Both the position numbers and the translations under genes were made by a program. This document shows, piece after piece, positions 59,001 to 64,000 of a stretch of 64,000 nucleotides of DNA. The stretch covers positions 130,676 through 194,675 of the forward strand of contig JAWLBL010000010.1 of assembly GCA_041687695.1 (NCBI GenBank). Direction: 5' to 3'. The DNA is from Myxococcota bacterium (GTDB lineage: Bacteria > Myxococcota_A > UBA9042 > PHBI01 > JAWLBL01). A model generated the notes under the pieces. That model was not told where the DNA came from, did not search any database, and saw nothing but the letters and a program-made list of their open reading frames with translations. Numbering within the stretch: the first letter of the stretch is position 1; the number at the start of each line of letters is the position of its first letter.

Positions 59001-59323
59001 TGCGGGCCGATCTGGCGCGCCTCGAGACGGACAACGCCCTGCTGCGCGAGCAGCTCGCGGCGGCGTCCGTGGCGGGGGACTCGGCCGAGTTCACCACCGC
59101 GGTGCGGCGGCTGTACGAGGACGTCAACGACGTCGCGTCGGGTTGGCGCAACAACGTCATGCTCTGCCAGGACTACTTCGACGAGATCCAGGCGGGCTTC
59201 GACGACCCCGACCAGCGCGACATCACCTACGATGGGCTCAAGGACACGCTCGAGCAGCTTCGGGACGCGTCCGACACCATCAAGGACAAGCTGCGGGACT
59301 TCCGTCAGCTTTTGAACGGTTGA
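56087..59323 (+). CDS. FHA-domain protein with ~850 aa coiled coil
   Basis: KIGR....I.....VSRRHS......DLNSSNGTF.N (FHA); Pro-rich linker; long Ala/Glu/Arg/Leu heptad region. Confidence 0.9.
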   Translation: MAILKFRSDDGVDSEVRIDAQNPIVKIGRADECAIQTKNNTVSRRHSQVVFTGSGFKLYDLNSSNGTFFNRARITEHALTPGDVFFCGNFRVEFVLEEPVPAPVQIPEPEPEPEPVIEATVARAPVDLDRPAWAGPVQAEPDYAAAPLSAGGGLGEVAFDDAPPSPVAPSPAAPAVGEPVHHGRIRQPTADYSSVAPQPVGAPVAVARVGVPDDTRVQELEAQVAKQAEELELLRVQIDSLNAVVDEAAASEEREHQERVRFEEELEAARAEMAELLRAQGGDRARLEAAQAELDAARAQADEAAALRERLEQLEGEVGRVAQLEDELAQARREAEELRVESTGATPAVGPTPEELERLQEDMGFLQDELDEVRRALSAADEARAELERQRDEAERLRQEVEASLRTLEERAASQDAALSEAGDQSARVAALEAEVQSLTDTLAAAPQPGEMAELKRRLEEADAARREAVGKAAKLEDELGKAADLRERLARAEEDRDTAEREVVELKDLLVGTITAGEAERLHQRVQELEDALARAEVEAQQARSSVDEAVGRAMSDASQAGARVAELTTALKEAEERASRLQKERAEADGREGELKGRLAAADKAQAEAAEALREASQRVAALESELSSARESLAGLSTDAQGAHAEKEALRMRAEEAELARELVAEELESATRAHANAEKKAREAGKRVEELEAQVADGQSRHGQAAAALEALLTAAREEAERTRQALEDAKASHKQARKAATTEIERLTQELDAARSAQGSASEQMQVEIERLRAEAKRLEGEIEAARAAGAASADEARGEVERLTRELAEAKAAVDAAGAELAQARAALDEAQAQASAGAGDADALRAQADEARAAAQDAEAKHKALQEEYEMVLGSNKGYVKKIAGYVTLIEELEQKAAAAAAGGGADAARVTELEGLLAGERAEVERLRDDLSRLEGKTARLRESLDAAEAAAAEAPSSAEVDRLRADLARLETDNALLREQLAAASVAGDSAEFTTAVRRLYEDVNDVASGWRNNVMLCQDYFDEIQAGFDDPDQRDITYDGLKDTLEQLRDASDTIKDKLRDFRQLLNG

Positions 59324-59419
59324 GGGGGCTCGCGAGGCGACGTCGATGGCCCGGCCGGGCGATGGCGAAGCCGCGCGATACCATGCCATGGCACGAGCGC
59401 GCACCCGAGCGCTTGTAGG

Positions 59420-59448
59420 TTGACACCGGAGGCGGGCCCCCCTACCCT
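59420..59448 (+). promoter_or_regulatory. Putative sigma70 promoter
   Basis: Consensus TTGACA-17 nt-TACCCT upstream of the PxxKW gene. Confidence 0.6.
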
Positions 59449-59514
59449 CCGGCCGCTGAAATCAGCCCGACTGCTCATGAATCGCAGGTCCGGGACAAGG
59501 AGCTGGAAGAGACT

Positions 59515-59802
59515 ATGCAGTGTACGACCGTCAAGCCCGGCTACGAGTGCTCGTTCATGTCCCGCGGCGGTTGCGGATTCGGCGCGCCGTCCGACACCTG
59601 CGCGACCGTGGCGGCCCAGTGTGAGGGCTGTGACCACATCCACGACTGGCCCAGTGGGCGCTACTGCAAGAAGTTCGCCGCGCCGGCCGCCAAGTGGGCC
59701 CTCGGCAACTGCAACATGGCGACCCACATCAAGATCGAGAAGGCGGAGACCAAGAAGGTCAACCCGCTGAAGGCGTCGAAGAAGGCCGCCGGCCGCAAGT
59801 AG
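59515..59802 (+). CDS. PxxKW-family cysteine-rich small protein
   Basis: 95 aa with 9 Cys; CEGC, YCKKFAAPAAKWALGNCNMATH, KKVNPLKASKK, recalled as a deltaproteobacterial family pattern. Confidence 0.85.
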   Translation: MQCTTVKPGYECSFMSRGGCGFGAPSDTCATVAAQCEGCDHIHDWPSGRYCKKFAAPAAKWALGNCNMATHIKIEKAETKKVNPLKASKKAAGRK

Positions 59803-59830
59803 GCCGTCCGGTCCGACCCCGGTCGCGACT

Positions 59831-59873
59831 CGCGAGCGCCGGCCCGGCTTCGGGTGCGGCGCTCGCGTCGTTT
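59831..59873 (+). terminator. GC hairpin between convergent genes (probable terminator)
   Basis: CGCGAGCGCCG/CGGCGCTCGCG 11-bp stem plus inner GCCCG/CGGGT, followed by TCGTTT (short U-tract). Confidence 0.55.
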
Positions 59874-59919
59874 CGGGCCGGGTTCGACCACGATGGCCGA
59901 CCGGACGCGAAGGCCTGGC

Positions 59920-61593
59920 TCAGGGCGCTACGGCCACCGCTGGCACCACGGGCCCCTGCCCGTAGACGTCGTGGTACAGCCGCAGTCGACCGTCCTCGGT
60001 GGCGCCCGCCGTCATGTACTCGATGACGACCGGCACCGGCTGCCGCAGGGTGACCGCCGTCTCGGCGCGCCGCGCCACGATGGCCACCGCCTGGTCCCAC
60101 GCCAGCGGGTGCGCGTCCGCCTCGAGCAGGTGCCGGGCGAGATCCAGGGCGCGCTCGACGCGCACGCAGCCGTGGCTGAGCGCGCGGTAGGGCTTGCCGA
60201 AGGCCTTCTTCTGCGGCGTGTCGTGCAGGAAGACGCCGTCGCCGCCGGGGAAGACGAACTTCACCCGCCCGAGCGCGTTGCCGGGCCCGGGGCGCTGCAC
60301 CGCCCACTCGACGCCCTGCCGGTCGACGTACAGCTCGTAGTCGTCGTACAGGTCGGGGCGGGACTGGGCCTGGACGTCCAGCTCCAGCTCCTTGATCCGC
60401 CGAGGGACCCGCCACGACGGGTTCAGGACCAGCTCGTGGATGGCGCTGATCAGGGTCGGGGTCTGGTTGATGCGCCCTCGCCGCCCCTTCAGATCGGTGT
60501 CCAGGCGGGTCGAGCCCACGACGACCTTGTGGCGGGCCACGACGGCGCCGTCGCGGACGACGCGCAGCTCGTAGGCGGGGATGTTCACCTCGAGGCGGGT
60601 CGCCAGGGCGCGGGCCGGGCGACGTCGCAGGTAGCTGGCCACGGAGGCCAGCTGCTCGGCGCGCTCGGCGAGCGACGTCCGCAGCGCCGCCAACGTCGCG
60701 GGGCTCAGGCGGCCGGTGGGGTCGAGTCCGTGGAACCGCTGGAACTCGACGAGCGCGAGTCGCAGCGGCTCGTCGAACCGGTCGGCGCGGTCCAAAGGCG
60801 GCGCGCCGAAGCCCTCGACGCCCAACCGGGTCCGCAGCGCCGCCACCTCGGGCCCTTGGCTGCGCGGCGCCAGGCGACGCCAGCGCGGGCCGTCTCCGAT
60901 GGGCGGCGCGTCGGGCGATCGCTCGGCGAGCGTGCGATAGCGTCGCCAGCCCGCCACGATGGCGCGATAGTCCGGCTCCTGAGGCTCGTAGCGCGTCAGC
61001 GCGACCTCGGGCGCGGCCCGCAGCGCGTCGGGCAGCTGTTGGAGGGCCGCGTCCGAAGCGGCCCCGCCGGCCAGGGTCAGGGCCACCTCGTAGGTCAGGC
61101 GCCAGCCCAACACCTCGACCTTGGCGGCCTCGGCGCGCAGGGCCTGACGCGCCCGAGCGACGCCCTCGGGCGAGGTCACCTCGGCCAGGGCCTCGCGTAG
61201 CGGCGGCAGCGTCGCCAGCGCGCGCTCGAGCGGCGCCGGGTCGACCTGCGCCGCGGGCTCGCCCATCGCGACGAGCTCGCGGGCGCGGGCGAGCACGACG
61301 TCGAGCGCCGGGTGCTCGGAGCGCGGCGCGACCAGGCGGAACGCCACGCGGGGCGTGGTCATGAGCGCGCGCCTCAGCGGCACGTCGGCCGGGCCCGCCG
61401 GCTGCGTGGCCAGGATGGATGCCACCTCGGCGCTGGTCAGCGGCTCGAAGGCCGCCGAACGGGCGGCCTCGGGATCGAAGGGTGGCTGCGTGACCGGAGC
61501 GGGCGCGGGCGTCGGGGCGGGCGGCGCGGTCGCGCAACCCGCCGCCTGCGACAGCAGCAGCGTCAGCGCCGCGCCAGCCCAGCTCCGCCGCAT
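59920..61593 (-). CDS. L,D-transpeptidase (YcbB/LdtD-like) lipoprotein with peptidoglycan-binding domain
   Basis: AAG-C lipobox; LVEFQRFHGLDPTG (PG_binding_1); VNIPAYEL, LNPSWRVP, QRPGPGNALGRVKFVFP, FLHDTP...ALSHGCVRV (catalytic His/Cys). Confidence 0.93.
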   Translation of the reverse strand: MRRSWAGAALTLLLSQAAGCATAPPAPTPAPAPVTQPPFDPEAARSAAFEPLTSAEVASILATQPAGPADVPLRRALMTTPRVAFRLVAPRSEHPALDVVLARARELVAMGEPAAQVDPAPLERALATLPPLREALAEVTSPEGVARARQALRAEAAKVEVLGWRLTYEVALTLAGGAASDAALQQLPDALRAAPEVALTRYEPQEPDYRAIVAGWRRYRTLAERSPDAPPIGDGPRWRRLAPRSQGPEVAALRTRLGVEGFGAPPLDRADRFDEPLRLALVEFQRFHGLDPTGRLSPATLAALRTSLAERAEQLASVASYLRRRPARALATRLEVNIPAYELRVVRDGAVVARHKVVVGSTRLDTDLKGRRGRINQTPTLISAIHELVLNPSWRVPRRIKELELDVQAQSRPDLYDDYELYVDRQGVEWAVQRPGPGNALGRVKFVFPGGDGVFLHDTPQKKAFGKPYRALSHGCVRVERALDLARHLLEADAHPLAWDQAVAIVARRAETAVTLRQPVPVVIEYMTAGATEDGRLRLYHDVYGQGPVVPAVAVAP

Positions 61594-61600
61594 CAAACGA

Positions 61601-62062
61601 CTAGAGCTCGTCCGGGGCGGGCTTGTCGTCGCGCTCGGGCTTGGTCTCCGGCTCGGGCTTGCGCTCGGGCTCGGGCTCGGGGCGCTTGTCGGTGGCCTTG
61701 GGAAACTTCACGGCCTTCTTGGCGATGAGGAAGAAGACCTTGCCCTTGCGGACGCGCTTGAACTCCTTGGGCGCCACGGTCAGATCGACCGGCGCGAGCG
61801 CGTCGGTCCGCGGCGTCAGGGTCACGGCGTTGTCGGTGTCGAGCTGCAGGCCCTTGATGAGGACGCGCTTGCCGTTCGCCTCGAACTCGGTGGAGGTCCA
61901 CTCCTGGCCGTTGACCTCGACCTTCACGTACTCGGCGTCGGTCGTGACGTGGAGCTCGCCGACGGGCGTCTCCTCGGCCTCGGCGGACGCTGCGGCCAGG
62001 ACGGACGTAGGGAAGAGCAGCGCGAGCGCGAGCGCGGCGGCGGTAAACAGCTGGGCTCTCAT
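61601..62062 (-). CDS. Hypothetical secreted protein
   Basis: Signal peptide MRAQLFTAAALALALLFPTSVLA; beta-rich core; acidic PEPE tail. Confidence 0.7.
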   Translation of the reverse strand: MRAQLFTAAALALALLFPTSVLAAASAEAEETPVGELHVTTDAEYVKVEVNGQEWTSTEFEANGKRVLIKGLQLDTDNAVTLTPRTDALAPVDLTVAPKEFKRVRKGKVFFLIAKKAVKFPKATDKRPEPEPERKPEPETKPERDDKPAPDEL

Positions 62063-62186
62063 CGAAGGCCTCCTGGCATGGGCGATGGACGGTGGCGCGG
62101 CCGTCGCGTCCCTGCGGTCACCGTGGGGGGGGGCGCGTCCGGCCGGCGTGCGAGACGATGGTAGGAAGGTCGCGATTCATGTCAAT

Positions 62187-63470
62187 TCAAAGACCTGCGC
62201 GGGTCGTGGCGCGCGCGTGGACCTGGCGCGCGGCGACCCAGGTCTCACGGACGGGGTTGTGGCCCATCAGGTAAGGGATGTGGCGCCACCCGGGCGCCTC
62301 GCAGACGGCCAGGTCGCAGGGCGCGCCAGGGGCCAACGTGCCAGTGCCGTCGGTCAGGCCGAGGGCGCGGGCGGCGTGGCGCGTGATGCCCAGCAAGGCC
62401 TCGTGCGGCGCGAGCCCCAGGTACACGCAGCCCAGCGTGGCCATCAGCGGCAGGTGCCGCGACGGACACGTGCCCGGGTTGCAGTCGGTCGACAGCGCGA
62501 CCGGCACCCCCGCGTCCAGCAGGCGTCGGGCCGGCGCGCGGTCCCGGGCGCCCAGGAACACGGCCGCGCCCGGCAGCAGGACCGCCACTGTGCCGTGCTC
62601 GGCCATGGCGGCGATGTCCTCGTCCTCGGCGCGCTCGAGGTGGTCGGCGCTCACGGCGCCCAAACGCGCCGCGGCGGCTGCGGCCCCCGTGCGCGTCAGC
62701 TGCTCGGCGTGCACCTTGAGCCCGAGGCCGAGCTCGCGGCCGCGATCGAGGATGCGCAGCGTCTCGTCGAGCGAGAATGCGCCGGTCTCGCAGAACACGT
62801 CGACGTGCCGCGCGAGTCTCAGGCGCGCCGCCTCGGGCAGCAGCTCGTCGGTGACCAGGCGCACGTAGGCCCCGCGGTCGCCCTTGAACTCGTCCGGCAC
62901 GATGTGGGCGCCGAGGACCGTCGGCACGATCCGCGCGAGCCCCTCGTCGGCCAGGCGGCGCGCCACCTCGAGGCACTTGAGCTCGTCGGCGACCGTCAGC
63001 CCGTAACCCGACTTGATCTCGACCGTCGTCACGCCGTGGGCGACGAGGTCGAGCAAGCGGGGCCGCGCCAGCTCGACCAGCTCGTCGCGCGAGGCGGCCC
63101 TCGTCGCGCGGACCGTCAGCCGGATGCCGCCGCCCCGCGCAGCGACGGCCTCGTAGCTCTCGCCGGCGCAGCGCGCCGCGAAGTCCTGGGTGCGGTCGCC
63201 AGCGTAGACCAGGTGCGTGTGCGCATCGACCAGTCCGGGCAGAACGACCGCGCCCTGGAGATCGACGACCCGCTGTCCGGGGCGCCGCGGCGCGTCCGAG
63301 GCGGCGCCGACCCAGGCGACCCGGCCGTCGTCGCCGGCGAGCACAGCCGCGTCCCGCAGCAACCCCAGCGCGCGTTCGCCCGCGTCCTGGACCGCCGTCG
63401 CCCCCGAGCGAGCCAGCGACGCGTCCATGGTGAGCAGCTCGGACAGGCCGACGAAGAGGGTCTCGGGCAT
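62187..63470 (-). CDS. hutI: Imidazolonepropionase
   Basis: PGLVDAHTHLVYAG.R..DF, GGGI..TVRATR, GVTTVEIKSGYGL, LGAH, DVFCE.GAF, KVHAEQL, SADHLE, STDCNPG. Alternative ATG at 63479. Confidence 0.96.
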   Translation of the reverse strand: MPETLFVGLSELLTMDASLARSGATAVQDAGERALGLLRDAAVLAGDDGRVAWVGAASDAPRRPGQRVVDLQGAVVLPGLVDAHTHLVYAGDRTQDFAARCAGESYEAVAARGGGIRLTVRATRAASRDELVELARPRLLDLVAHGVTTVEIKSGYGLTVADELKCLEVARRLADEGLARIVPTVLGAHIVPDEFKGDRGAYVRLVTDELLPEAARLRLARHVDVFCETGAFSLDETLRILDRGRELGLGLKVHAEQLTRTGAAAAAARLGAVSADHLERAEDEDIAAMAEHGTVAVLLPGAAVFLGARDRAPARRLLDAGVPVALSTDCNPGTCPSRHLPLMATLGCVYLGLAPHEALLGITRHAARALGLTDGTGTLAPGAPCDLAVCEAPGWRHIPYLMGHNPVRETWVAARQVHARATTRAGL

Positions 63471-63514
63471 GCCGCGCATTGTAGGGGGGGCCGGCGCCGT
63501 GGTAAACGCCCCGC

Positions 63515-64000
63515 GTGCGCCTGCCCCACCCGCTCCTGGCTCTCGTCCTGCTCGCCACTCCCGCTTCGGGCGTGGTCGTGGCCTGCGCGGCTGCGCGGCC
63601 CGCCGATCTGGTGATGCGCGAAGGCATCGTCCTGCAGCAGCAGGGCCGCGCGCTGCCGGCCGCCGAGCGCTACCGGCAGGCGCTGCGCCTGTCGCCCAGC
63701 GTCCCCGGCGCGTACAACAACCTGGCGCTCATCGCCCTCGGGCGCGACGAGCTGACCCGCGCGGTCGCCCTGCTCGAGGAGGAGCTCCAGCGGCACCCGG
63801 CCTCGCCCCAGGCCGCGCTCAACCGCGCCCTGGTCCTGGTCCGGCTCGGCGACTTCGCGCGGGCGGAGGCCGAGGCGACGAAGTTCGCCGCGCTCGCGGG
63901 CGGGCTGCCCGAGCAGGATCCCGAGCGCCTGGCGAGGCAGCGCCGGGCGCGCGTCATCGTGGCGCTGGCCCGGCTCGGCGCCGAACGCCCCGCCGCCGAG
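63515..64000 (+). CDS. TPR-repeat protein, probable lipoprotein (runs off the window)
   Basis: Manual translation from GTG 63515: MRLPHPLLALVLLATPASGVVVAC...AAERYRQALRLSPSVPGAYNNLALIAL...ELQRHPASPQAALNRALVLVRLGDFARA; open to the window end. Confidence 0.8.
   Translation, partial: MRLPHPLLALVLLATPASGVVVACAAARPADLVMREGIVLQQQGRALPAAERYRQALRLSPSVPGAYNNLALIALGRDELTRAVALLEEELQRHPASPQAALNRALVLVRLGDFARAEAEATKFAALAGGLPEQDPERLARQRRARVIVALARLGAERPAAE

Noticed and set aside
56087..59323. SMC-like chromosome segregation ATPase
   Set aside because: No Walker A/B, signature motif or hinge; only generic coiled coil.

Overview
A very GC-rich bacterial chromosome segment. Its gene content (CdbA-like RHH protein, PxxKW protein, Cys-rich/TSP3 giant lipoproteins, TraB-like OmpA protein) points to Myxococcota or a related deltaproteobacterial lineage; the taxonomy is inference. 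About 37 CDS. Housekeeping genes: pyrR (partial), lepB, lepA, an S1-domain protein, miaE, argS, cnoX-like, tgt, mutS2, hutI and an L,D-transpeptidase. Other blocks: a CitE-family lyase / acyl-CoA dehydrogenase / double-MaoC hydratase operon resembling mcl-mcd-mch of the ethylmalonyl-CoA pathway; a CarH/LitR-like MerR regulator with degenerate B12 ligands; a long minus-strand run ending in an MBL exonuclease and ATP-dependent ligase; two giant (~1,850-2,000 aa) Cys/Asp-rich repeat lipoproteins, one translationally coupled to a TraB-like barrel-TSP3-OmpA gene; and three adjacent envelope protease-like genes. The clearest non-coding signal is a XerCD dif site at 55902-55929, with KOPS octamer polarity flipping around it, so the window most likely contains the replication terminus. 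Several unexplained intergenic repeat structures are present. No rRNA, tRNA, CRISPR array, transposase or prophage was recognised. All family calls come from motif recognition by eye, not database searches.
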